A stretch of DNA of 46,584 nt from IMG/VR virus record IMGVR_UViG_3300012940_000038, positions 1 to 46,584 of that record; one strand, given 5' to 3'. How positions within the stretch are numbered: the stretch's first letter is position 1; the number at the start of each line of letters is the position of its first letter. The notes below the pieces were generated by a model. That model ran no database searches, was not told the origin of the DNA, and saw nothing but the letters and a program-made list of their open reading frames with translations. Made by a program: the position numbers and the translations under genes. Positions 37,217 through 44,987 of this stretch are shown here, one piece after another. This stretch comes from a virus (taxonomy: Duplodnaviria; Caudoviricetes).

Positions 37217-37450
37217 TCAATTCATAAGCTTGTTGTTGAGGTTCTCGATTTCCCACAGACCATTGCCAACGATCTTGACGAAGGATTCGAAGGAGGCACC
37301 TTCCTTCTTGGTCTGCGTATGCAGATACCAGAGGGCGCAAATGAGTGTAGTGGCCATTGCCGCTGAGTTGTTGTCGTTCAACGTAGCCAGGATGCCGATG
37401 ATCGTGTCGACCTTAGCGTGTTCTGATGCTTTGATGTCTTCGATTGTCAT
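37217..37450 (-). CDS. hypothetical protein
   Basis: AAGGA RBS. ATG at 37450 overlaps the upstream stop. Confidence 0.55.
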   Translation of the reverse strand: MTIEDIKASEHAKVDTIIGILATLNDNNSAAMATTLICALWYLHTQTKKEGASFESFVKIVGNGLWEIENLNNKLMN

Positions 37451-37701
37451 TGCTGGGTTTCCTTTTTGGAGGGCGTGAAGGAAATGTTCAAGGTGACTTG
37501 GGTCAGTTGCAGTTCGGGGACGGTCTTGAGTTCGCAGGAAATGAACATCGTTTCCTTGTGGCGATTGATCCATTCCAGGTGGGAAAGGACCGCCTCTCGT
37601 TGGGCTGGCGTGGTGCCCGGAAAGAGGAACTCGATTAAGACCTTGCGGACAAGGTCTAGGATTGGCGCTTTGTCACGGCGGGAAGACAGTGCAAGAGGCA
37701 T
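37447..37701 (-). CDS. hypothetical protein
   Basis: First ORF downstream of the promoter at 37726-37754. Confidence 0.55.
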   Translation of the reverse strand: MPLALSSRRDKAPILDLVRKVLIEFLFPGTTPAQREAVLSHLEWINRHKETMFISCELKTVPELQLTQVTLNISFTPSKKETQQ

Positions 37702-37725
37702 TCGTTAAAGCCCTGATTATACCTG

Positions 37726-37754
37726 ATTATATCAGAGGTTATTGGCGATGTCAA
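37726..37754 (-). promoter_or_regulatory. sigma70 promoter
   Basis: Exact TTGACA-N17-TATAAT, with a second TATAAT 10 bp downstream from a tandem CCTGATTATA repeat. Confidence 0.85.
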
Positions 37755-37923
37755 GCGCCTTGATCTTCCTAAGGACTTCTTGTGGCGATTCCCGAACGGT
37801 GACTTCGTTTTTGTTGTCGAAAGTTATCAGAGTTTCCTTGTCAGCAAGAAAAAGGATTGACGTGATCAGTTTGGGGTTCACCCATATTTCTCTATCGATG
37901 AAGTGAAGGGTCAGCCTAATCAT
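37732..37923 (-). CDS. FlbD/SwrD-like small protein
   Basis: MIRLT...IWVNPKLI...TLITF...VRESPQEV pattern. Confidence 0.6.
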   Translation of the reverse strand: MIRLTLHFIDREIWVNPKLITSILFLADKETLITFDNKNEVTVRESPQEVLRKIKALDIANNL

Positions 37924-38165
37924 CGAATCCTCCCTTGCGCCAGCTTATTGATCTGATGAATGACGCGAAGGAGTAGCTCCCCAACGCAAATCCATCCGTC
38001 CGCGACGGCGTTGTCTTTGGCGGGGTTGCGGGCGCTTGAGGCTTGGGCCCGAACGAGGTGGGCGCAGACGTAGGCCTGATCCCGGGCTTGATTGAGGAGG
38101 TCGACGAGCTTTGAGTAAGCGAGGGCGAGGGTAACGTTCCCGCCTTCGGTTTCGTATTTTGACAT
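37920..38165 (-). CDS. hypothetical protein
   Basis: Coupled ORF. Confidence 0.6.
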   Translation of the reverse strand: MSKYETEGGNVTLALAYSKLVDLLNQARDQAYVCAHLVRAQASSARNPAKDNAVADGWICVGELLLRVIHQINKLAQGRIR

Positions 38166-38323
38166 TAGAAGTAATCCTTTTCATCATAGCGATGAGCGCG
38201 ATTGCGGTGAATGCGCATCTTGGACGATCTGTCCTTCTGTAAGGCGCGCGTTCTCTTGGTGTATTTGGCTTCCTTCATAGTACGACGAAAGGTAGCTCGG
38301 CGGACTTGGCGGGATTCAGTCAT
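38165..38323 (-). CDS. small Arg-rich protein
   Basis: GAGGA RBS before ATG at 38323. Confidence 0.5.
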   Translation of the reverse strand: MTESRQVRRATFRRTMKEAKYTKRTRALQKDRSSKMRIHRNRAHRYDEKDYF

Positions 38324-38621
38324 TGGCGATCCTCTTCTGTTCGGGGTTCGGGGTATAGGTGTCAATCAGTTCCTTGCGGACGATCTCACCAATTCGCTTG
38401 GACTCCATAACCTTGCGGGCGATCATTTCCTCATACAGCTTCTGGAAGTGCGGAAGCTTGCCGTTCCAGTCGATCCGCTGCGCCATGTTCCAGATTTCTT
38501 GGTCCATGTCACGAATGGTACGGACGAGGTATTCGACTTGGTTGCGGAGGGCTCGATTGGCTTCTTCGAGTTCTGCCAATCGAGGGTCGGGGGTATTTGA
38601 TTTGAGTTTAAAGAATCTCAT
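38316..38621 (-). CDS. hypothetical coiled-coil protein
   Basis: Coupled ORF. Confidence 0.6.
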   Translation of the reverse strand: MRFFKLKSNTPDPRLAELEEANRALRNQVEYLVRTIRDMDQEIWNMAQRIDWNGKLPHFQKLYEEMIARKVMESKRIGEIVRKELIDTYTPNPEQKRIAND

Positions 38622-38959
38622 CGGCGTGTGACCTTATCTTTGACGGCGCTGAGGCCAAGGGCGGCCAACAAGGACATGCCTTGTTCGATGTCTTTGGCGC
38701 TGGGAACCTTCTCGGCAGCTTTCTCGATCTTCCGTTCTTGGGCGGCGGTGACCTGATAATGGTCCGGAAGATCGTCTGGCATCGGACCTAGGTCTGGGAT
38801 AGACAGTTCCATTGACCAGTAGGGATATGCCCGGTGCCCTGAGGTTGGAATAATCCAACCCTGCTCGTCGCCAATTTGCAGGCGATGAGCGGTATCGAAC
38901 GCTAGCTCACCACGTACTTTGTGAGCGATCAGGAATAGTGTGGGCGACTCGGTTCCCAT
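38618..38959 (-). CDS. hypothetical protein
   Basis: FLIAHKVRGE...WIIPTSGHRAYPYW. Coupled. Confidence 0.65.
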   Translation of the reverse strand: MGTESPTLFLIAHKVRGELAFDTAHRLQIGDEQGWIIPTSGHRAYPYWSMELSIPDLGPMPDDLPDHYQVTAAQERKIEKAAEKVPSAKDIEQGMSLLAALGLSAVKDKVTRR

Positions 38960-39311
38960 TGGGGTCTACTACCACAAAGCCACGCAAAGAACGGCGATGT
39001 CGACGAGTACGATGGCCACCAGAATTAGGGTCATAGGCCATAACAGTGCCGTCAGAGAATACGTCTTCGATATAGAAGACATGGCCTCTTCGTACAGCAA
39101 CTGTTCCTGCCACAGGCGACGAGACACGAGGAAATTTGAACCAAGCTCGGGCTTGCCAAAGGGACCGGATTGGTTGGCCGAAGACTTTGACAGCGACTCC
39201 GCAGCCACAGAAGGCTCGTTTAGGGCACCCTGATGGGTGGGGCAGGATTTCAGCAGCATTTGCGGACCCAAGGAGGAAGGCCGAAGCGAGGGCGGCATAC
39301 AGAACACGCAT
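38907..39311 (-). CDS. secreted CHAP-like cysteine amidase/peptidase
   Basis: Signal peptide MRVLYAALASAFLLGSANA|A, then FCGC...ARAW...AVRRGHV...YDPNSG, the Cys/His layout of CHAP domains. Confidence 0.65.
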   Translation of the reverse strand: MRVLYAALASAFLLGSANAAEILPHPSGCPKRAFCGCGVAVKVFGQPIRSLWQARAWFKFPRVSSPVAGTVAVRRGHVFYIEDVFSDGTVMAYDPNSGGHRTRRHRRSLRGFVVVDPNGNRVAHTIPDRSQSTW

Positions 39312-39372
39312 TTAGGATCACCTTGAATTGACAAAGACCCTTTAAGGTGCCTGAGGAGGGAGGATTTGTCAA

Positions 39373-39645
39373 TCATTTTAAGATTCCTAATGCGTCTCCG
39401 TAGGAGCTATGGGTGCTAACTAGTCTTCCTCTGCTTCGGACTTCCCAACGGCCTTCGGCCTCGTTCCACATAATCCATTCCTTAACAGGTTCCATGGTCG
39501 TTGTGTCGATAATTTTATACCAATCGTCTTTAAGGGCTACGGCAGCGTCTACTGCTTCCGCCAGAGTGTCGTAGTTGCCAGCAAGGTCGCTCCAGCCACC
39601 GGCGGGGTAGTAGGAGGACCCCGCAAAGAGGAGGTAGCGTTTCAT
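39373..39645 (-). CDS. hypothetical protein
   Basis: GAGGA RBS, MKRYLLFAG..YYPAGGW.D. Confidence 0.65.
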   Translation of the reverse strand: MKRYLLFAGSSYYPAGGWSDLAGNYDTLAEAVDAAVALKDDWYKIIDTTTMEPVKEWIMWNEAEGRWEVRSRGRLVSTHSSYGDALGILK

Positions 39646-39648
39646 CGG

Positions 39649-39852
39649 CTAGTCCTCGCAATAGTCTGCGTATGATCGATAGACCGTGGTGTTTCCTACA
39701 GTCCACTTGGGCGGCGGATTGCCTTCACCTTGCCACGCGAACTTAGGATTGTATCTGGCATCGTAGCAATAGATGCAGATTTGCTGAGATTTTGGGTATT
39801 TGCATTCATTTGGCGAAGGGCAGCCTTGGGTGCAGTACCATTGGACGGTCAT
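39649..39852 (-). CDS. small Cys-rich protein
   Basis: Coupled ORF. Confidence 0.55.
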   Translation of the reverse strand: MTVQWYCTQGCPSPNECKYPKSQQICIYCYDARYNPKFAWQGEGNPPPKWTVGNTTVYRSYADYCED

Positions 39853-40145
39853 TTCAACATCCTCCGTACGATCGCAGCAGCGGCGTTACGGGCTTCCTCA
39901 GACACCTCGACCTTGATGCGTTTAATCTTCGGATGATCGGCGATGACTTCGGCCTTGGGCGTCAGGGTTGGCGCGGGGTGCTCGATCATAATGTTCAGGG
40001 CCTTGGCGATATTCTCCATCGTGCAGGCCATGGCGATGATGTAGGGAGGGCCATCCTTGACGGGATATTCGATGAAGAGCCGGCCGTTGGCGGTCCAGCA
40101 GATGGCGGCGGTAGGTGGGCGGGCGGAGATGGCGGTGGTGGTCAT
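39849..40145 (-). CDS. hypothetical protein
   Basis: Coupled ORF. Confidence 0.6.
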   Translation of the reverse strand: MTTTAISARPPTAAICWTANGRLFIEYPVKDGPPYIIAMACTMENIAKALNIMIEHPAPTLTPKAEVIADHPKIKRIKVEVSEEARNAAAAIVRRMLK

Positions 40146-40354
40146 TGAGGTGCCCTCTTATTCCAAGCCTCAATTGCTTCTTTGCGGGTGTTAAACTCAG
40201 TGAGGCTCTGATATCCATAGCACAAAGCTTCAAACTCACTGTCACAACCCACAGAGAACATTACTCCGTCTCCTACTGAACTACCCTGAGGGCATTCTTC
40301 GATTGAGGCAGGACTTCCACAGAAAGGGCAAGGCTTTATTTCAGGAAGAAGCAT
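40142..40354 (-). CDS. Lar-like (restriction alleviation) zinc-ribbon protein
   Basis: IKPCPFCG...C...C...EAIEAWNKR. Confidence 0.7.
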   Translation of the reverse strand: MLLPEIKPCPFCGSPASIEECPQGSSVGDGVMFSVGCDSEFEALCYGYQSLTEFNTRKEAIEAWNKRAPQ

Positions 40355-40355
40355 C

Positions 40356-40832
40356 TCAACCTCCAGTCAGCTTGAGCCACTCCGGCTCTTTGGTGGGCCA
40401 TACGTAATTGATCTCCGGCGCTTCGCTCCAGCCGAACTGGCCGTAGTGTTCAGGTGCCTTGGCGAGCAACGCCGCGCGGTGGGAAGCGTGGAAGTCTTCG
40501 CGGCCGAACCAAACTGGGTAGCGGGAGTCATCCCAGTCTGGGCAATCGGCGAGGTAGTCTTCGAAGGCTTTGGCGCATGAGTCGCGATAGCCGAGTTCGG
40601 TCCAGATTTGGCAAGCCCAAAGGCCGTAGGAGGCGAGGGCTTGGGGATAGGGTTTCCACATCCTCGTGGCCGGGTGGTTGGCCCAACCGTCGGGGGTGCG
40701 GCCAAGGATGCAGTAGAGGATTTGCATTGCCTCAACCCGCTGCTTACCAAGCCGGCGGTAGTCGAGGCAACGCAGGGAGTCCTCGAAGTCAGGGTATGGG
40801 AGAAATGTCTGCACGGAGTTTGAATAGTCCAT
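40356..40832 (-). CDS. pyrimidine-dimer DNA glycosylase-like protein (MSMEG_6728 type)
   Basis: QTFLPY.DF...LDYRRLGKQRVEA.QI, NHPA..MW, FHASHR..LL.K and YVWP. Start 40832 or GTG at 40814. Confidence 0.8.
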   Translation of the reverse strand: MDYSNSVQTFLPYPDFEDSLRCLDYRRLGKQRVEAMQILYCILGRTPDGWANHPATRMWKPYPQALASYGLWACQIWTELGYRDSCAKAFEDYLADCPDWDDSRYPVWFGREDFHASHRAALLAKAPEHYGQFGWSEAPEINYVWPTKEPEWLKLTGG

Positions 40833-41194
40833 CAGGAGACGACTTTGGAAATGTGGATATCGTCGAACTTGTCGCTGTGTTCGCGATGGTTGTTCGGGTT
40901 CTGGAGGCGGGCCAGGACGTCGTAGCTTGTGGTCAGGTCTTCGACGGGGCGGAACATCCTGGAGTATATACCACGCATATACCAAGCAGTTTGAGGCTGA
41001 GGGTATTCGACGAAGTCTAGGAGAATGAGTCCCGGAAACAATGAAAGTTCCGGGACATCAATCCAAGAGATTGTAATGACTTCATTTAAAGGTGGGAGCT
41101 TAGCCAGTCCATCGCTACGAATGCCGGAGGCAGGACCCTTGACGCGAGTTACTTTCTGGCCAACATACGCTGTTCTTTCCCAACTCATTTTCAT
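40832..41194 (-). CDS. hypothetical protein
   Basis: Coupled ORF. Confidence 0.6.
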   Translation of the reverse strand: MKMSWERTAYVGQKVTRVKGPASGIRSDGLAKLPPLNEVITISWIDVPELSLFPGLILLDFVEYPQPQTAWYMRGIYSRMFRPVEDLTTSYDVLARLQNPNNHREHSDKFDDIHISKVVS

Positions 41195-41364
41195 TCTCCC
41201 AATTCGTACCGGCGGTAGCTGCCTACGAGGTCATAGTCGGAACTGTCAACGGGAAGATCGATGAGCTTGACGGCGAAGTATTCCTTGGTGAGAGCAAAGC
41301 AAGAATGTTCGCACCTAGGGCTGTTGCAGGGGCGCTTATCGGTGAGGGCGGGGCATTCGCGCAT
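41191..41364 (-). CDS. small Cys-rich protein (57 aa, MRECPALTDKRPCNSPRCEHSC...)
   Basis: Not in the track. GAGGA RBS, first ORF after the promoter, ATGA overlap. Confidence 0.55.
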   Translation of the reverse strand: MRECPALTDKRPCNSPRCEHSCFALTKEYFAVKLIDLPVDSSDYDLVGSYRRYELGE

Positions 41365-41397
41365 AGGTCGTTCCTCTTTTTCCCATTTTACATTATC

Positions 41398-41425
41398 ATT
41401 ATACCATATCCTAAGAAAATGTCAA
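41398..41425 (-). promoter_or_regulatory. sigma70 promoter with extended -10
   Basis: TTGACA-N16-TATAAT with TGn before the -10 box. Confidence 0.85.
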
Positions 41426-41449
41426 GCCCTTATTTTCCCTCAATATACT

Positions 41450-41482
41450 AGAAAGCCCCCTAGGCGAAGTGCCTAGGGGGCT
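41450..41482 (-). terminator. Rho-independent terminator
   Basis: 12 bp stem AGCCCCCTAGGC/GCCTAGGGGGCT followed by TTCT on the - strand. Confidence 0.75.
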
Positions 41483-41514
41483 GCTTATCTTGTAGTCCGT
41501 GGATGGAATGTGGG

Positions 41515-41757
41515 TCAGGACGCATCACCTCCTTTCAGGTAGATGCCGACGCAATGCTCGCCATCGTCGGCTTGGCCTTCGAGGTAGAAGGCCAAGTGAT
41601 GATCGTCAAGTACGTAGGGTCCCATGGCGTAGGCATAGACGGTGTATTCCTTATCTACCGTCAGGTTGTCAAAGCCGTCGTCAGGGATGACCACATCCCC
41701 AGCTTTCAGCTGCGAGAGCTTGGCGTACGGCCTTCCATCGACGTCGTGTGTGGACAT
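41515..41757 (-). CDS. hypothetical protein
   Basis: GGAG RBS. Lies between two terminators. Confidence 0.6.
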   Translation of the reverse strand: MSTHDVDGRPYAKLSQLKAGDVVIPDDGFDNLTVDKEYTVYAYAMGPYVLDDHHLAFYLEGQADDGEHCVGIYLKGGDAS

Positions 41758-41768
41758 GGTGTTTCTCC

Positions 41769-41802
41769 AAAGAAAAAGCCCGGTAGGGGATACCTACCGG
41801 GC
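41769..41802 (-). terminator. Rho-independent terminator
   Basis: GCCCGGTAGG/CCTACCGGGC stem followed by TTTTTCTTT on the - strand. Confidence 0.85.
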
Positions 41803-41813
41803 CGTTGTGAGGG

Positions 41814-42557
41814 TTAGAACTCGTTACGCTTGTATCCCCACAGACCTGTTTCTGTGTTCAGAGTGTAGGAATACCCAGGCTGCCATTCACTCACCCACTC
41901 CGCAGGAGGGGCTTCGGACTGCATAGCCGGCTCAGGAGCCGAAGGTTCAGCAGATACTTCCGACGCAGGCTCGTTCTTGGTGATGAACTGGGGAAGGTCC
42001 ACAGGTTCCGGTGCAGGGTTGAGAGCCGGATAATCCACCGGCTCCGGCACAGGTTCCGGCTCCGGATCGGGGGCCAGAAGGTTGAGCGTGTCTTGCAGGC
42101 GCTTACGACTTTCTTCCGCCCGGGACTTCCAGATAGTCACTTGATCTTCGGCTGCCAGGAGGCGCATTCCGTAGTCGTCCCGTTCCTTGCGAGTGGCGAC
42201 CAGTTCTTCCTTGGTTGCCTCGAGTTCGTTGCGAAGCTGGTCAAGTTCGATCTTGTCTTTCTCGACCACGCCTTCCAGTTCGTGGATCCGGTCCAGTGCC
42301 TGACTGGCTTCCTGATGCCAAATGTCCCGATCAATCCGGGCCTCGCCAAGAAGCTGGTCAAGTTGATTGGCGTGAAGAGACTTGGTTTCGAGTTCCTGGC
42401 GGAGCTTGTCCACCTGCGCTTGAAGGTCGCTGATGACCTTCGGATATTCTGAGGCGTCCACGATTGCCTTTGCCGCACGCTGGAAGATTGCGGAAAGACC
42501 CATAGCATCCTCCATAGTCGACGGGGTAACCTGATTACCCATGTTGCCGTCTGACAT
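41814..42557 (-). CDS. coiled-coil protein with Pro/Glu-rich tail
   Basis: AGGAG RBS and long heptad repeats. Confidence 0.75.
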   Translation of the reverse strand: MSDGNMGNQVTPSTMEDAMGLSAIFQRAAKAIVDASEYPKVISDLQAQVDKLRQELETKSLHANQLDQLLGEARIDRDIWHQEASQALDRIHELEGVVEKDKIELDQLRNELEATKEELVATRKERDDYGMRLLAAEDQVTIWKSRAEESRKRLQDTLNLLAPDPEPEPVPEPVDYPALNPAPEPVDLPQFITKNEPASEVSAEPSAPEPAMQSEAPPAEWVSEWQPGYSYTLNTETGLWGYKRNEF

Positions 42558-42569
42558 AGTTTACTCCTG

Positions 42570-42864
42570 TTTAAGGTTTGCGAGAAGTAAGACCCTCTAA
42601 GTCAAACCCGCTGGCATGTCTCAGCGTAGCGAACCTAGGATTGTTCCGTAGGTGTGGTAGCTACACGTCTGCGCGTGGTCCTTGAGTAAGACTTAGAGGG
42701 GACGTGGGACCCTGAACCTACGTTATTCGTCAGGGGGACGGGACGAAGCGTTGTTCATTGCTCCCACGTTTGCCCCTACTGGGGGCGCCTTCGCCGGGGT
42801 ATCCTGCACATGTGGCCACAAGGCTTTGCGCATTGCTACGCCCGGTTGGACCTACTGGGTCCGG
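42570..42864 (-). ncRNA. candidate structured non-coding RNA
   Basis: About 300 nt intergenic region almost fully covered by nested stems, including two CAGUA-loop hairpins and a GCAA tetraloop. Family not recognised. Confidence 0.5.
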
Positions 42865-43482
42865 TTAGCTAGCGACGGGCTGTTCAGCGCCCTTCCGCTT
42901 CTTCGGAATACCAGCCTGCTTGGCAGAAAGCTGGGATTTCTTCTTGGCCTTCTCTTCCTCGGCCTTGGCGACCAGCTTCGGACTCTCCGAAATGATCGAC
43001 GTGATGTCGAGGGCGATGGGCGTCTTCTCGCGTTCCTTGAGGTTGGTCTCAGCTTGGGCGATGATCTCCTTACCCTGCTCTGTCTCAAGCAACGCGTTTG
43101 CAGCCTTGGTGATCTCCGACGCTTCATAGTGGCTGACCTTGCCGCCAGCCGCCTTGATGGCGTCCTTGACCATGGCCTTGGCGATGCGACGCGCTTCCGT
43201 CATCACCGCGCCGGAAGCCTTCTTGGCCTTACCACCCGTCAGCTTGATCTTGCCCTCGTAGACCATTTCAAGCTGCTTGGCGGCGACGGCCATCGCTTCG
43301 GCTTTCAGTTCCTCAGCGTTCGGGTACGCTGCCGCAGTGACCTTGGAGGCACCACGGTTCAGCAGGACCTTGAAGCCTTGGATAAGAGCTTCCTTGTACA
43401 CGTCGTCCGGCACCTTGGCCAGATCGACATTGAGGGTGCTCTTGCCTTTGGTGATGGCGATATCGAGACTTTCAATAGCCAT
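42865..43482 (-). CDS. Lys/Ala-rich putative DNA-binding protein
   Basis: AAAGGAG RBS before ATG at 43482, strong codon bias, basic composition. Confidence 0.75.
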   Translation of the reverse strand: MAIESLDIAITKGKSTLNVDLAKVPDDVYKEALIQGFKVLLNRGASKVTAAAYPNAEELKAEAMAVAAKQLEMVYEGKIKLTGGKAKKASGAVMTEARRIAKAMVKDAIKAAGGKVSHYEASEITKAANALLETEQGKEIIAQAETNLKEREKTPIALDITSIISESPKLVAKAEEEKAKKKSQLSAKQAGIPKKRKGAEQPVAS

Positions 43483-43656
43483 GACTTCTCCTTTCACGGC
43501 TCTTAGATGCGGCACCATTGCCGCGAGTTGGACGAAGCGAACCTTGCTAGATTGCTGTGGTCACAGGGGTATGCTGGGCAGTGACCCCTACACACCGGCA
43601 AGCTGTCGTCGTCAATTGTGCGGGATTGCACAGCGAATAGGGAGGGAAGTGGGCGT

Positions 43657-43803
43657 TTAGCGAGTGTATTTGATGATGACGAAGAGGAGTTCTCGCCAAT
43701 CAGGACCGCGTTCGAGGATAGATTGAAGCTCAGAGATTTCCTCGACCTCGTATTCTTCGACACGGCCGGATTTCAGCCTCACGCGTACGTGCCAGCGTTT
43801 CAT
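43657..43803 (-). CDS. hypothetical protein (48 aa, MKRWHVRVRLKSGRVEEY...)
   Basis: Not in the track. GGAGG RBS and TAATG overlap. Confidence 0.55.
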   Translation of the reverse strand: MKRWHVRVRLKSGRVEEYEVEEISELQSILERGPDWRELLFVIIKYTR

Positions 43804-44018
43804 TACCGCCTCCATCCGTCAGACGGAAGTCCAGATGCAAAGGGCATCCGTTTGACGATCTTGGCTGCCACAGGTTTGGCTTCCCACGGCTTAGGGCGAA
43901 CATGGCGTTTGTATTCGCCCTTGGTGATGTATTCCCAGCCATAGGAGGCTAGGCGCTTGGCTTCAGTTTCGGTGACCCGACATATCTCGCCGGACACCGG
44001 GTTACGGAGACACTTCAT
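43803..44018 (-). CDS. hypothetical basic protein
   Basis: AAGGAG RBS before ATG at 44018. Confidence 0.55.
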   Translation of the reverse strand: MKCLRNPVSGEICRVTETEAKRLASYGWEYITKGEYKRHVRPKPWEAKPVAAKIVKRMPFASGLPSDGWRR

Positions 44019-44352
44019 CAGTCTCTCCTTGAAGATAAGCCAAGGCATCTTCTTCTGTCTTGAACATAAACCAATCGTTGTATTCATTCAGTTGGTCAAT
44101 GTTCATGTCTTTCAAAGAGCCTTTGTAGATGGCTTCTTCACGGTTGTAGGTCTTGTATTCGTAGTAACGATATTCCAGGGTCTTACCGACGTGACGGATA
44201 CGACTGTATTCTACTCCCGTATGACCAGTAAGAACAATGCGTCTGAGAGCACTGCCATTGTACGTTTTGCTCGCACAATAGACAACTGTCCCCCCTGGCA
44301 TATCGAGGATTTCGTCGCTACTACGAATAGCTCCCTTAGGATAGTCACTCAT
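44002..44352 (-). CDS. hypothetical protein
   Basis: AAGGAGG RBS before ATG at 44352. Confidence 0.6.
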   Translation of the reverse strand: MSDYPKGAIRSSDEILDMPGGTVVYCASKTYNGSALRRIVLTGHTGVEYSRIRHVGKTLEYRYYEYKTYNREEAIYKGSLKDMNIDQLNEYNDWFMFKTEEDALAYLQGETDEVSP

Positions 44353-44563
44353 CGAACACCTCCTTGCACTCCCATGAAGCAATCATAGCGTTACTTGTGG
44401 TATGGGCAACATGGGGGCCATCGTGGCCAATGTCGCGAGTGCAGCCGAACCCATTGCATTGGTGATAACACCAATGCGACGAGGTACCCTCAAGGATAAA
44501 CCCCAGGTCCCCATCGCGTAGCATAGGTTTGTATGTGGTGAAGTTGGTGACACGTTCGCTCAT
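44345..44563 (-). CDS. hypothetical His/Cys-containing protein
   Basis: GGAGG RBS and a CTRDIGHDGPH motif. Confidence 0.55.
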   Translation of the reverse strand: MSERVTNFTTYKPMLRDGDLGFILEGTSSHWCYHQCNGFGCTRDIGHDGPHVAHTTSNAMIASWECKEVFDE

Positions 44564-44742
44564 GGGTTCCTCCGCTCTGCCACGATGTTGCAGACCCGGC
44601 CGGACCAATGGGCAGTGGTACCGTCTCGCATCTTGGTAGATGCAGATTGGTACGTCGTGTTGGTGTGGTTGCGCTCTTTGTGAAGGTACTTGTAGGGAGT
44701 TTTCCCATATTTGAGATATGGGCTTTTACCTTTCTCAGGCAT
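44560..44742 (-). CDS. hypothetical protein
   Basis: GGAGG RBS and ATGA overlap. Confidence 0.5.
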   Translation of the reverse strand: MPEKGKSPYLKYGKTPYKYLHKERNHTNTTYQSASTKMRDGTTAHWSGRVCNIVAERRNP

Positions 44743-44971
44743 GATAGCCTCCAGGCTAGGGTTGATCCCTCCCTATCGGCTATGCAATCCGCAAGCTATG
44801 CCTATGCCGGCTATAGCCTTTGTTCGATTGTCAAAGAACCCAACCCGGATGCCGTGGCCCGACCGATTGCACAGGGCATAGCTCGACCCTGCACCGATAA
44901 GCTTAGCACATGCTGCGGTGCAGCACAACCTATTTGTTTGCATACCAGCTATGCGTCTGGCGCATAGCTCT

Positions 44972-44987
44972 TGGCACGATTCTTGCA
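44972..44987 (+). promoter_or_regulatory. sigma54 (-24/-12) promoter consensus
   Basis: TGGCAC-GATTC-TTGCA in a non-coding region. Confidence 0.6.

Noticed and set aside
42600-42700. tRNA gene, suggested by GGTTCG
   Set aside because: I could not build a cloverleaf with acceptor stem, anticodon arm and proper T-loop.
43617-43632. TGT-N10-ACA NifA-type upstream activator site
   Set aside because: Short pattern expected by chance, about 1.3 kb from the sigma54 site, and also explained as a hairpin.
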